Source of the DNA: Candidatus Magasanikbacteria bacterium RIFCSPLOWO2_12_FULL_43_12
GTDB taxonomy: Bacteria; Patescibacteriota; Patescibacteriia; Magasanikbacterales; UBA922
DNA: 64,000 bases
Direction: 5' to 3'
Assembly: GCA_001783065.1 (NCBI GenBank)
Contig: MFQN01000004.1
Coordinates: forward strand, 22,836 to 86,835
Each line of letters starts with the position of its first letter. Position 1 is the first letter of the stretch. The notes under the pieces are model-generated. The model was not told the DNA's origin and ran no database searches. It was given only the letters and a program-made list of their open reading frames with translations. Both the position numbers and the translations under genes were made by a program. Below are positions 33,074-42,945 of the stretch, one piece after another.

Positions 33074-35908
33074 ATGAGTAGTGGGGATAACCGCCGCCGA
33101 GTTTACGGCTATACGACAAAAAACCACCATTCGGTGATTAGAAAGGCCGGCGGCCGGTTTTGGAGAAAGCTCGGCTGGTTGGCGCTGGTTGGGTTGGTTT
33201 TTGTATTTTTAATTGGCACGATTATGGTTGCTTGGGCCAGCCGCGACCTGCCGGACCCTGACAAACTAACAGACCGGAAGGTCGCCCAAAGCACAAAAAT
33301 ACTTGACCGCACCGGCGAACACCTGCTTTACGAAGTTTACGCGCAAGAAAAAAGAACTTTGGTTGAACTGGATCAGGTGCCGCAGTTTTTGATCAATGGG
33401 GTTATCGCCACCGAAGACACGGAGTTTTTCCAACACAAAGGCATCAGGCCGTTAAGCATTTTGCGCGCGGTTGTTTACGGCGTGTTCACCAACAAACGAA
33501 TCGGCGGCACCTCAACCTTAACTCAACAATTGGTGAAGAACGCCGTGCTGACCAATGAAAGAAAAATCACCCGCAAAATTAAAGAAATTATTTTATCCAT
33601 CCGCTTGGAACAAAAATACACCAAGGAACAAATTTTGAAAATTTATTTCAATGAAATTCCTTACGGCTCAACCAATTACGGCGTTGAGTCCGCCGCGCAA
33701 AGTTATTTTGGAAAACATGTTTCAGATGTTACGCTTGCCGAGGCCGCGACGCTCGCCGGTCTGCCAAAAGCGCCGTCGCTTTATTTGAACGACCCGGACA
33801 AATTAAAAAACCGCCGCGATTTTGTTTTGGAAAGAATGGTCGCGGAAGATTATATTTCCCGTGAAGAAGCTGACGCGGCGCAAGCCGAGCCATTAAAAAT
33901 CAAACAAAAAATTGAAAACATTCAGGCGCCTCATTTTACGCTTTATGTCAAAGGACAGCTGGTGGACATGTTCGGCGAACAACTTGTTGATACTGGCGGA
34001 CTGAAAGTAATCACTTCGCTTGATTGGGAAAAACAGCAGGCCGCGGAACTGGCGATAAAAGAAAATGAAAAAAGCTTATTGGAAGCGGGCGCCAACAACG
34101 CGGCGCTGATGGCGATGGATCCAAAAAATGGACAAATCTTATCAATGATCGGGTCGCGGGATTTTTTTGATGAAACAATTGACGGCCAATTTAATGTCGC
34201 GACTCTTGGCAAACGCCAGCCCGGATCGTCTTTCAAACCGATTATTTACGCCGCGGCGTTTGAAAAAGGATATACTCCGGATACTGTTCTTTTTGATGTG
34301 CTGACGAATTTCGCGGTTTCCGGAAAACCCTATCAACCGGTTGACTATGACTCCAAAGAGCGCGGGCCGGTAAGCATGCGGCAGGCCTTGCAGGGCTCGC
34401 TGAATATCCCCGCGGTGCAAACAATGTATTTGGTCGGGCAAGACAAGTCGGTTGAATTTGCCAAAAAAATGGGTTATACGACCTTGAGCGACGGCGAGTT
34501 TGGTTTGACGCTCGTATTGGGCGGCGGAGAAATAAAACTGCTTGATCATGTTCGCGCTTACTCTGTCTTTGCCGCTAACGGAAATAAATTTGAACCGGTC
34601 AGTATTTTACGCGTGGAAGACAGTGTTGGCGGCACTTTGTTTGAATGGAAAAAAACCAAAGGCGAAAAGGTCCTGGATGAAAAAATTACCGCGACAATTT
34701 CCAATGTCTTGAGCGATGACGCCTCTCGCGCGTATATGTTCGGCGCCGGCGGGACGCTGACACTGCCGAATCGTTCTGTGGCCGCAAAAACCGGCACCAC
34801 AAACAATTATGTTGACGCGTGGACAATCGGTTACACCCCGAGTTTTGTCGCCGGGGTCTGGGCCGGCAACACGGACAACACACAAATGAAACAAGGGTAT
34901 GGCGGCAGTAAAGTCGCTGGCGTTATCTGGAATAAATTTATGCGCGAGGCGTTAAAAAACGCGCCGGTGGAGGCTTTCCCGGAAGCGCCGCCAAATGACG
35001 CGGAGAAGCCAATTTTACGCGGCTCAACCGGCGGGGCGATTACACTATCAATAGATAAATTAACCGGCAAACTCGCGTCCAGTTCAACGCCGGAAAAATA
35101 TATTATCCAACGCTCTTACTTGCCGGCGCACTCAATTTTGCACTATGTAAACAAAGACGACCCGCGCGGACCGGCGCTTGAAAATCCAGCTGATGACCCG
35201 CAGTATCAAATCTGGGAAAACGCGATTCAAGACTGGATAAAAAGAACCAAAGAAAAAAATCCTGATTGGCAAATCAGTTTTGAAGACCCGCCAACTGAAT
35301 ATGACGACACACATTCTTCAGAATTGGCCCCGACAATAGAAATTATTTATCCAACTGACGGAGCAGTGTTATACTCGCGGCAAATTGATACTAATTTTCG
35401 CTTTGGCGCGCCTCGCGGAGTAACTCGGGTGTCATACAAAATTGACGCGCGTTATGTTGGTGTGATAAAAGCCCCGCCGTTTAACTTAAACTACTACGCG
35501 AAGTGGTTGGAGTCCGGAGCGCACACTTTAATTATTTTGGCGGAAGATGATATTGGAAATAAAACCGAACAAACAATTAATTTTACTTTGCAGGCCGGCG
35601 AAGAGCCGCCGAGCGTTTCTTGGGTGGAAAAAAATAAAACCGTTTCGCAAAATAATTTTCCTATCCGGCTCGCGTTAGAACCTTTTAAGTTGGAACAAAT
35701 TAAAGAGATACTAATTTACCAACAAAAGTCCGGTGAAGAAAAAACTATTTTAACAACAATAACCGACTTTTCAAATCTTTTTAACAACCAAATTCTTTTT
35801 ACCTGGAGCTCCGCGCCGGAAACAGGTGTTTGGACTTTAATCGCGGAAGTAAAACCAAAAAACGGCGGACAAACCAAATCTGAAGTGGTGGAAATACTTG
35901 TGAAATAA
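33074..35908 (+). CDS. mrcA: class A penicillin-binding protein (bifunctional glycosyltransferase/transpeptidase)
   Basis: GT51 motifs (ATEDTEFFQHKGI, GGSTLTQQLVKN, RKIKEIILSIRLEQKYTKEQILKIYFNEIPYG). Transpeptidase motifs (SSFKP, SLN, KTGTT). About 250 aa C-terminal extension. Confidence 0.9.
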   Translation: MSSGDNRRRVYGYTTKNHHSVIRKAGGRFWRKLGWLALVGLVFVFLIGTIMVAWASRDLPDPDKLTDRKVAQSTKILDRTGEHLLYEVYAQEKRTLVELDQVPQFLINGVIATEDTEFFQHKGIRPLSILRAVVYGVFTNKRIGGTSTLTQQLVKNAVLTNERKITRKIKEIILSIRLEQKYTKEQILKIYFNEIPYGSTNYGVESAAQSYFGKHVSDVTLAEAATLAGLPKAPSLYLNDPDKLKNRRDFVLERMVAEDYISREEADAAQAEPLKIKQKIENIQAPHFTLYVKGQLVDMFGEQLVDTGGLKVITSLDWEKQQAAELAIKENEKSLLEAGANNAALMAMDPKNGQILSMIGSRDFFDETIDGQFNVATLGKRQPGSSFKPIIYAAAFEKGYTPDTVLFDVLTNFAVSGKPYQPVDYDSKERGPVSMRQALQGSLNIPAVQTMYLVGQDKSVEFAKKMGYTTLSDGEFGLTLVLGGGEIKLLDHVRAYSVFAANGNKFEPVSILRVEDSVGGTLFEWKKTKGEKVLDEKITATISNVLSDDASRAYMFGAGGTLTLPNRSVAAKTGTTNNYVDAWTIGYTPSFVAGVWAGNTDNTQMKQGYGGSKVAGVIWNKFMREALKNAPVEAFPEAPPNDAEKPILRGSTGGAITLSIDKLTGKLASSSTPEKYIIQRSYLPAHSILHYVNKDDPRGPALENPADDPQYQIWENAIQDWIKRTKEKNPDWQISFEDPPTEYDDTHSSELAPTIEIIYPTDGAVLYSRQIDTNFRFGAPRGVTRVSYKIDARYVGVIKAPPFNLNYYAKWLESGAHTLIILAEDDIGNKTEQTINFTLQAGEEPPSVSWVEKNKTVSQNNFPIRLALEPFKLEQIKEILIYQQKSGEEKTILTTITDFSNLFNNQILFTWSSAPETGVWTLIAEVKPKNGGQTKSEVVEILVK

Positions 35909-35969
35909 TTAATTCTTTGATAAAATTCGTTATTTTTATAGACTTTACAGACTTTTGGACTTTATGGAC

Positions 35970-37094
35970 TTATTGTCGTATCGGCATCACCACATAAACA
36001 TAGTCGTCTTTGTTTTTTGCCCTAAACACACAGGGCGTGTCGCTGCTGTTTACTCCGAACTCACCGTCTTCGCTGTTTAAATTTTGCAGCCCGTCCAACA
36101 CATACCGGTGGTTTAATAAAATTGAATTTTCTTCACCAAGCACTTCTGATTCTATTTCCGAGGAGTGTTCGCCTGTTTGCGTACTAGTGGAAGAAAGCCC
36201 GATTGTTCCTTGGCTTGCGTTTAAATCAAATGAAACCGCGTTTACCCCGGAAGCAGTGAACAGACTGGCGGTTTTTATTTTATTAACCATAAGACCAACC
36301 GGGAAGCTCGCGGTTGTTTTTGTTTTTGTTGGAATAATTTGCGCGTAATCAGGATACTTACCCTCAACCAAACGAGAGCTTACCTCAAAATCATCGTAAC
36401 GCGCCGCAATTTGTCCTTCGCTTAACCAGAGTCTGATTTTTGTTTCTCCTTGTTTGTTTTTTGCCAAAGACACCAGTCGCGCCAATTCATAAACCGTGCG
36501 AGAAGGAACAATCGCCCGCGCCTCTTCTGTTCCCTGCTCAACTTCAAGTTTTTTTTCCGCCAAACGATAGGAGTCCGTCGCCGCCACTAATAGTCCTGGG
36601 TAGCGCTCGGTAAACAGGCCAAAATAAACCCCGGACAATTCCGGCCTAATTTCATTTTTCGCGCAAGCCAAAACAACCCGAGACAAAGAATCTTTAAACA
36701 TCTCCGCGTTTACTGTGTACGCGTGTTTTTCTTCAATCTCCGGCACAACCGGGTACTCGTCTGCCGGCGTTCCTTTAATTTTTGTTGAGGAGTTTCCACA
36801 TTTGATAAAAACCTCGTTTTCTTGCAGACTTACTTCTACTTGTTCGTCTGGTAAAAGATGAACAAAGTCAGTAAGTGTTTTGGCTGGCACGGTAAACGAC
36901 CCCGCCTCGTCAACCTTGGCGCGCAAGGATGTTTTTATCGCCATTTCAAGGTTTGTCGCCACCAAACGAACACCGGCTGCTTCGGCTTGAATTAAGATGT
37001 TCATCAAAATCGGCAGGCTGGCATGGCGCCCGGCAACGCCACTCACCAAATCCAACGAATACGACAGGTTTTCTTTAGTACAAATAAATTTCAT
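35970..37094 (-). CDS. dnaN: DNA polymerase III beta subunit (sliding clamp)
   Basis: 374 aa with three-domain clamp architecture. MKFICTKENLSYSLDLVSGVAGRHASLPILMNILIQAEAAGVRLVATNLE. Confidence 0.9.
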   Translation of the reverse strand: MKFICTKENLSYSLDLVSGVAGRHASLPILMNILIQAEAAGVRLVATNLEMAIKTSLRAKVDEAGSFTVPAKTLTDFVHLLPDEQVEVSLQENEVFIKCGNSSTKIKGTPADEYPVVPEIEEKHAYTVNAEMFKDSLSRVVLACAKNEIRPELSGVYFGLFTERYPGLLVAATDSYRLAEKKLEVEQGTEEARAIVPSRTVYELARLVSLAKNKQGETKIRLWLSEGQIAARYDDFEVSSRLVEGKYPDYAQIIPTKTKTTASFPVGLMVNKIKTASLFTASGVNAVSFDLNASQGTIGLSSTSTQTGEHSSEIESEVLGEENSILLNHRYVLDGLQNLNSEDGEFGVNSSDTPCVFRAKNKDDYVYVVMPIRQ

Positions 37095-37348
37095 ATCGTT
37101 GTTTGTTACTATTAATCGATTTGTTTATTATATTTATATATAGTAGTAGATAGTAGGGGCGGTGAATTTGGTGTAGAAGTCGTTTTTTGCGCCGAACTAA
37201 AACAAATTTTAGGTGGACAAGTTTGTTGTTGTTTTGTTATCAAACTGTTGTTGTTTTTAGAAAAAGTTTTTTATCGGTGGAAAAACTGTGTATGTTTGTT
37301 GCGAATAATAACAATGTTCGAACAAGTAAAACACAACTTTTACACAGC

Positions 37349-38752
37349 TTATCCAGCGTTTGTGAACAATTTTTGTCTGATTACTTCAATATCTTGTTTT
37401 AATTTTAAATCATTTTCCATTTCAATGCCGATTTTGGTGTGCGCGTGCATGGCGGTGGTGTGGTCTCTGCCGCCCAGCTCATCACCAATTGCCGGATAAG
37501 ACATTTTTAATTCTTTGCGCAACAAAAACATAATGATTTGGCGCGGCCCGGCCAAGCGTTTTTCCCTGCTCTTGCCGGCGATGTCGTCAAGACCAATACC
37601 ATAAAAATCAGCGACAACACCAATAATATCTTTCGGTGTGGCGGAGCGCTTTAGGTTTTGCGCTTCAAGTGTGGATAAAACCGAGCGAACAGACTCTTTG
37701 TCCGGCGCAAGGTTTTTTAATTGGTGATAGGCGATTATTTTATTAAGCGCGCCCTCAAGCTCTCTAATGTTGCTTTGAATTGACGCGGCAACCATTTGGA
37801 CAAGCTCCGGATCAATAATAAATCTCTTCTCTTGGCATTTTGATTGTAAAATCGCGGCGCGAGTTTCCATATCCGGGGCGGCAATATCAACAATCATTCC
37901 CCACTCAAAACGGCTGCGCAAACGATCTTCCAAAGACGGAATCGCTTTTGGCGGACGATCCGAAGTCATTACCACTTGTTTGCGCTGTTGGTGGAGTTCG
38001 TTGAAAGTGTGAAAAAATTCTTCTTGAGTCTGCTCTTTGCCGCCAATGAACTGGATGTCATCAATTAAAAGCAAGTCAACATTGCGGTAGCGATCTTTAA
38101 ATTCTTTTCCTCGCCCCTCTTTAATTGAAGAAACAAAATCATTGGTAAAACGTTCGGAACTTACATAAAGTATCTTTGTTTGCGGGTTTTTCTCTAAAAA
38201 ACCATGACCAATGGCCTGTATAAGGTGGGTTTTACCTAGACCAACACCACCATAAACAAAAAGCGGATTATAAGCATCACCTGGCCGGTTCACCACCGCT
38301 TGCGCCGCCGCATGCGCCAATTCGTTTCCCTTCCCGACAACAAAGGTGTCAAAAGTGTATTTTTGATTCAAACCAAATTTGATACCATTTTGGCCGCCCG
38401 GCTTGTTTGTTTGGGGCGGTGGTGTGGTGTTGATAGGTTGTTGGCCGGTTATTTGTGTTATCACGGCGGGAGCAACCACACATTCGTGTTCAACCGCATT
38501 TTTTATGTTTTCAACTCGGTACTCAACCCTTTTTAATGGTTTTCCAGTCACTTTTTCCAGTATTTTTACCACATCAGAGTGATGTTTTTTCTCCAACCAG
38601 TTTTTAGCAAAAGCGCTTGGAACACAAATAACCACCTGGCCGTTTTCATATCCAGAAATGCCAGTATGGTGGAACCAAGTGGTAAAATTGGCTTTAGTTA
38701 GCTTTAATTCAAACTCCGCCAACACCGCTTGCCAGATTTCGTGGGTAGTCAT
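37349..38752 (-). CDS. dnaA: chromosomal replication initiator protein DnaA
   Basis: AAA+ motifs (NPLFVYGGVGLGKTHLIQAIG, DLLLIDDIQFIGGKEQTQEEFFHTFN). C-terminal DNA-binding domain (MSYPAIGDELGGRDHTTAMHAHTKI). Confidence 0.95.
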   Translation of the reverse strand: MTTHEIWQAVLAEFELKLTKANFTTWFHHTGISGYENGQVVICVPSAFAKNWLEKKHHSDVVKILEKVTGKPLKRVEYRVENIKNAVEHECVVAPAVITQITGQQPINTTPPPQTNKPGGQNGIKFGLNQKYTFDTFVVGKGNELAHAAAQAVVNRPGDAYNPLFVYGGVGLGKTHLIQAIGHGFLEKNPQTKILYVSSERFTNDFVSSIKEGRGKEFKDRYRNVDLLLIDDIQFIGGKEQTQEEFFHTFNELHQQRKQVVMTSDRPPKAIPSLEDRLRSRFEWGMIVDIAAPDMETRAAILQSKCQEKRFIIDPELVQMVAASIQSNIRELEGALNKIIAYHQLKNLAPDKESVRSVLSTLEAQNLKRSATPKDIIGVVADFYGIGLDDIAGKSREKRLAGPRQIIMFLLRKELKMSYPAIGDELGGRDHTTAMHAHTKIGIEMENDLKLKQDIEVIRQKLFTNAG

Positions 38753-39064
38753 ATTTTTTCTTTTGTTCTATTCTATCACACATTTTATAAAGCAAAAATG
38801 GCTTAAAATAAGCCAAAAGTGAGTAAATTGTGGACAAACTGTGGATAGTGGGGATAAAAGAGCGAAAATTCACCCAATTCACCTAATTCCTAATTCACCT
38901 AATAAAACACCAAATTTTAAAATTTTACATTTAGATTTGGAAATTTTATTAGAAATTAGGTGAATTAGATCTTAGGTGAATTGCTTATTGAGATTTTGTC
39001 TCAACTTCTTGACTTGTCATTTAATTTGTATTATACTTACTTCACTCTTAATACTACAAACCCT
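38753..39064. promoter_or_regulatory. putative oriC / dnaA control region: DnaA-box cluster plus AT-rich palindromic unwinding region plus rpmH promoter
   Basis: TGTGGACAA, TGTGGATAG and TGGGGATAA 9-mers at about 38828-38860. A roughly 110 bp AT-rich imperfect palindrome of TTCACCTAAT / ATTAGGTGAA repeats at about 38870-38985. TTGACT-17-TATACT at about 39003-39032. Confidence 0.6.
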
Positions 39065-39241
39065 ATGCCAAAACGCACTTACCAACCAAACAAGCGTCGG
39101 AGAGCGAAAAAACATGGTTTTCGCTCCAGAATGAAGACCCAAGACGGCCGCGCGGTCTTGAAAAGACGTCGAGTCAAGGGCAGAAAGAAACTTACCGTGA
39201 GCGACGAGCGCAAAGGCAAACGCACCAAAAGGACACATTAA
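39065..39241 (+). CDS. rpmH: 50S ribosomal protein L34
   Basis: [43 protein letters not shown]. The ORF-track upstream extension is not needed. Confidence 0.85.
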   Translation: MPKRTYQPNKRRRAKKHGFRSRMKTQDGRAVLKRRRVKGRKKLTVSDERKGKRTKRTH

Positions 39242-39307
39242 AACTTATAAACATTTAAACAAAGGCGGCGTGTGTCGCCTTTTGTGTTTTTATGTTAGAA
39301 TGTTAAT

Positions 39308-39691
39308 ATGATCCCGCAAGAAAATCGTCTAAAACACATGAAAGATTTTGAAATACTCTTTAAAGAGGGCAGATTTTTTGCCGGCAAATTTATTACCGCG
39401 AAAGTTTGGAAAATAGAGCCGGAAAAGTATCCTCGGCGGAAATATAACGCGGACGATTTGAAAATTGGTTTTGTTGTCAGCGTTAAGGTTAGCAAAAGCG
39501 CGGTTAAACGCAATCGAATTAAACGGCAAATGCGAGAAGTTGTTCGTTTGTTGTTGAAAGACGGGAAGCTGAAAACCGGTTTTCATGTTTCTATTATGGC
39601 GAAGCCTGGGACTGTTGGGGTGGAGTATAAAGAGATAGAGAGAGATATTAAAATGGTGTTGGAGAGAGCGGGGGTGGTGGGGGTAGATTGA
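39308..39691 (+). CDS. rnpA: ribonuclease P protein component
   Basis: Basic 127 aa protein with KHMKDFEILFKEG...RNRIKRQMREVVR, immediately downstream of rpmH. Confidence 0.8.
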   Translation: MIPQENRLKHMKDFEILFKEGRFFAGKFITAKVWKIEPEKYPRRKYNADDLKIGFVVSVKVSKSAVKRNRIKRQMREVVRLLLKDGKLKTGFHVSIMAKPGTVGVEYKEIERDIKMVLERAGVVGVD

Positions 39692-39759
39692 GATAGGTGG
39701 AGATAAATGGAGATACATAGATGAAGAATATTTAGATTATAGTTTTTAACTAAAAATAT

Positions 39760-40317
39760 ATGTCACAAATTTGGAAAAGTATCATTATTATCATTATTAT
39801 GGTGGTCGTGGTTGTTGGTGGGGTTTACTTTTGGCAACAAAACAAAGAGGTTAAAAATCAATCAGCTGCGCGACAAGAAACAAAAGACCAAGAAGTATTT
39901 AAAGGAAGCGGATTTTCATTTGTTTATCCTTCTAAGTATGTTGCTGACGAGAAAGGGTTATGGACGGAAGAGGGGTATGAATGGCATCTTAATCCACCGG
40001 AAACTTGTAGCTTTTGTCACACGCCATATATTGCGGTAAAAGCAGAAGCCACGAATCAAACATTAACACAATATATTATTACCAACCTCGCGTTACCAGG
40101 GAATAGTCTGAAAGAGGCGTTTCAACAAGGGGGTATATCGTATGAAGAAATAAAAATTGGCGGCAGAGAATATATAAAAATTACCACAGACGAGATGGTT
40201 TTAACAACAGGGTACTATCTAAAAAATAAAAACACAGTTGTTTCTTTTCAGGTTTTTGGGGAGGGACAAGATGAAAACGAATTAAAAGAAATTGTTGGAA
40301 GTTTGGTGTTTGAGTAA
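39760..40317 (+). CDS. hypothetical membrane-anchored protein
   Basis: N-terminal TM helix (IIIIIIMVVVVVGGVYFW), 185 aa. Confidence 0.45.
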   Translation: MSQIWKSIIIIIIMVVVVVGGVYFWQQNKEVKNQSAARQETKDQEVFKGSGFSFVYPSKYVADEKGLWTEEGYEWHLNPPETCSFCHTPYIAVKAEATNQTLTQYIITNLALPGNSLKEAFQQGGISYEEIKIGGREYIKITTDEMVLTTGYYLKNKNTVVSFQVFGEGQDENELKEIVGSLVFE

Positions 40318-40561
40318 AAATGTGAAATTACGTTTTATTCTCCTTCTTCTTATCCGTCTCTACCAAAAAACCCTCTCTCCCGATCATGGTTGGTTTAAAT
40401 TTTTACACCCGCGCGGTTACTGCCGGTTTTACCCCACCTGTTCCGAGTACGCCTATCAGGTAATAAAAAAAAGAGGAATCATGATTGGGATTCCGAAAGC
40501 GATTTGGCGGGTGTTGAGGTGTAATCCATGGAGCGGTGGCGGGATTGATTCGCCGAAGTAA
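40292..40561 (+). CDS. yidD: membrane protein insertion efficiency factor YidD
   Basis: LIRLYQKTLSPDHGWFKFLHPRGYCRFYPTCSEYAYQVIKKRG...RCNPWSGGGIDSP. The true start is probably an internal site just after the upstream stop. Confidence 0.8.
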   Translation: MLEVWCLSKNVKLRFILLLLIRLYQKTLSPDHGWFKFLHPRGYCRFYPTCSEYAYQVIKKRGIMIGIPKAIWRVLRCNPWSGGGIDSPK

Positions 40562-40569
40562 TTTGAATC

Positions 40570-40810
40570 ATTTGATGTTAGTCATTCATTACGCCCCGTA
40601 GGGGCGGTTGATAGTAGCCAGGCCTTTTAAGGCCTGGAAAGGATAAAATAAGTTTCAAAAGTCCCGTAGGGACGACAGAAACGGTGGCGCTTCAGCAAGG
40701 TTCTGTCGTCCCTACGGGACTGGTGTTGTTTGACTGGATTACCAGGCACTAAAGTGCCTGGCCACTGTCGAGCGTCCCTAACGGGACTTTTGCGCGAGCG
40801 TTTGTTTTTC
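40570..40810. repeat. multi-hairpin repeat element (family F: GTCCC..GGGAC and CCAGG..CCTGG modules)
   Basis: agtcccgtagggacgacagaa...ttctgtcgtccctacgggact long inverted repeat. ccaggccttttaaggcctgg and ccaggcactaaagtgcctgg hairpins. A second copy is at 49130-49345. Confidence 0.7.
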
Positions 40811-40841
40811 ATCAATGATGGGTGTATTCCGCAATTAATTA

Positions 40842-41075
40842 TCACCTATCATCTATCTCTATTATTTTTTTCCTCCCCGTCTTTCCGCTAATAATTTTCA
40901 CACCATCTTTTTTTACCCCAAACTCTTTCGCCAAAAATTTCACCAACTCCTCATTCGCCTTGCCGTCAACCGGCGGGGCTTTTAGTTTTATTTTCAACGT
41001 GCCATCCGCCAGCTTACCGACAATTTCATTTTTGCCGGCGTGCGGGATGACTTTAATTTTTATTATTTGGGGCAT
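40842..41075 (-). CDS. DUF167 (YggU-like) protein
   Basis: MPQIIKIKVIPHAGKNEIVGKLADGTLKIKLKAPPVDGKANEELVKFLAKEFGV...IISGKTGRKKIIEI. The ORF-track N-terminal extension reads through a family A repeat. Confidence 0.7.
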   Translation of the reverse strand: MPQIIKIKVIPHAGKNEIVGKLADGTLKIKLKAPPVDGKANEELVKFLAKEFGVKKDGVKIISGKTGRKKIIEIDDR

Positions 41076-41092
41076 AGAAATTTGGCGCCGGT

Positions 41093-41176
41093 CAGCTCCC
41101 TCCTCGGAGGAGGGCGGGGGAGGTGTTGGTGGTGGGACAGCGAACACACCCCTCGCCCCTCTCTGAGAGGGGAATT
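41093..41176. repeat. REP-like triple-hairpin repeat (family A), solo copy
   Basis: ctccctcctcggaggagggcgggggaggtgttggtggtgggacagcgaacacacccctcgcccctctctgagagggg. Confidence 0.8.
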
Positions 41177-41219
41177 TTCGAACCATTGGATCCACAATCT
41201 CTCCGAGAGAGAGGTTTTG

Positions 41220-42311
41220 TTATAAATCTATTGATGGTTTTTCCAGTTGCATCGGCTCAACCGTCCGCTCGCCTTCCGTGATTTTCACCACATCTTTCTC
41301 TATTTTAGCAAACTCTTTGTAAGAAGTATTGTAGTGATTAACGACCGTGCCCAAACTTACGCCTAATTTTTTCATATATTCTTCGTAAGATAACAAATGT
41401 TTTCCCAACTGTTCCACCTGTTGGCGGATCTCTTTGGCCGACTCCTCAATCTGTAAGGCGCGCAGGCCCTGCATTACTGTTTGAAGGTAAGCGAAGAACG
41501 ATGTCGGCGACACGATTATCACATGTTTTTCTTTGAAAGCGTATTCAATCAGGTCTTGGGTGTTGAGTTTTATCGCGCCGACCTGATTAATCAACAAATC
41601 GTAATAAATCCCTTCCGCCGGAATAAACATAAACGCGAAATCCATCGTCCCCTCTTTTGGTTTGATGTATTTGCTGGTTTCGTCAATCCGTTTTTTCAAA
41701 TCTTGTTTAAACAGTTTTTCCAACTCTTCGTGCCGGGCGGTATCTTTTTCTTCCAAAATGCGATTATAATTTTCCAAACTGAATTTTGAATCAATCGGGA
41801 TTATCTTGTCTTTAATGAAAATCGCCGCGTCAACAATATCGCCGTCGGAAAATTTGTACTGCATTTCATAAGCGCCTGGCGGCATCACGTTTTTCAAAAC
41901 ATTTTCCAAATAATATTCGCCCAGCACCCCGCGGTGTTTCGGATTTTTCAAAACATTCTCCAGACCCTGCAACTGTTCAGCGACCCCGACCACCTGCTTG
42001 TTGGTTTCATCCAATTTGGCGAGTTTTTCTGTTATGTCCGTAATGATTTTGACCGACTGGCCGAATTGTTGTTGAATTGTTTTGTGCATGTTTGCTTGCG
42101 TGTCATTAACAATTTTATGCGTGTCAGTCATTTTTTGATCCATTACACGCGACAAATCTTGGATTTGATTTTGCAGCATCACAAACAAATTTTGCTCGCC
42201 TTCTTTGGGTTTTTGCAAGGCGGAGAGTTTTTTGTATAACAAGACGAAACCGATCAGCAGGGCGATTGACAAGGCAGATAAGAAGAGGATTAAGAGTGTT
42301 TGCATAACCAA
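41220..42311 (-). CDS. rmuC: DNA recombination protein RmuC
   Basis: 363 aa. N-terminal TM helix. Long coiled coil. C-terminal RmuC nuclease-like region (FAFMFIPAEGIYYDLL...HVIIVSPTSFFAYLQTV). Confidence 0.75.
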   Translation of the reverse strand: MVMQTLLILFLSALSIALLIGFVLLYKKLSALQKPKEGEQNLFVMLQNQIQDLSRVMDQKMTDTHKIVNDTQANMHKTIQQQFGQSVKIITDITEKLAKLDETNKQVVGVAEQLQGLENVLKNPKHRGVLGEYYLENVLKNVMPPGAYEMQYKFSDGDIVDAAIFIKDKIIPIDSKFSLENYNRILEEKDTARHEELEKLFKQDLKKRIDETSKYIKPKEGTMDFAFMFIPAEGIYYDLLINQVGAIKLNTQDLIEYAFKEKHVIIVSPTSFFAYLQTVMQGLRALQIEESAKEIRQQVEQLGKHLLSYEEYMKKLGVSLGTVVNHYNTSYKEFAKIEKDVVKITEGERTVEPMQLEKPSIDL

Positions 42312-42444
42312 TCATTTAATTTTTTGTTAAGCTCTCCCAACATTTTAACATATGTTAAGCGCTTCGTGAATACTTAACAAAAAGAAAGGAAACCTGATAT
42401 TTTTATTATTTTCCTGTTCTTCCCCACGCCATTTCAAAAATAAT

Positions 42445-42945
42445 TTAGCCCCCCACAAACTCCAATGACATTTTTACCGAGGCATTGTTTGATGGAAGCA
42501 AAACCACTTGTTTTGGATATCGTTTTTTTAAAGAGGAAATAAATTCGTCGGCCCAGCCGGGGCACAACACTTGGACGCCGGCGAAGTCAATAAAAATTTT
42601 TTCTTTACCCGAAATTTTTTTTGCCAATAAGGGCTGAAGAGCAAGCCACGTTTGTTGTCCATATGGTCTGGCGCTTAAAAAACGTCCAAACTTTTTTAAA
42701 TGAATAGTAACAGAGAGCGCTTCTGAGACATTATTTATTTTCGGCAAATTTTTTTCCAACGGAAGGTGGTAGTAGACTCGCGGTGGTTTGCCGGTTTTAG
42801 CAAGTAGTCCCCTATTTTGCAGTTTTTTTAATTGCCTAAAAATTGCTGGCGCGCCAAAGCCAGTGTAGTTAACCAGTTTTTTCGGCGATGCCTGTCGGTT
42901 TTTCTTTATGAAGTCCAGTATTTTTTGGCTGGTGTCTGTTTTCAT
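42445..42945 (-). CDS. hypothetical protein with N-terminal winged-helix and possible STAS-like (DUF4325-type) C-terminus
   Basis: ILDFIKKNRQASPKKLVNYTGFGAPAIFRQLKKLQNRGLL (HTH). C-terminus IFIDFAGVQVLCPGWADEFISSLKK. Confidence 0.35.
   Translation of the reverse strand: MKTDTSQKILDFIKKNRQASPKKLVNYTGFGAPAIFRQLKKLQNRGLLAKTGKPPRVYYHLPLEKNLPKINNVSEALSVTIHLKKFGRFLSARPYGQQTWLALQPLLAKKISGKEKIFIDFAGVQVLCPGWADEFISSLKKRYPKQVVLLPSNNASVKMSLEFVGG

Noticed and set aside
28527-35908. Numerous internal antisense or alternate-frame ORFs inside polA, the PBP gene, dnaA, hppA and others (for example 30175..30693, 34142..34549, 56111..56332).
   Set aside because: They are fully overlapped by long, well-conserved genes on the other strand or frame.
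4118-41176. The many short repeats as a CRISPR array.
   Set aside because: No regular repeat-spacer periodicity exists. The units are long, palindromic, dispersed and of several unrelated families. No cas genes are present.
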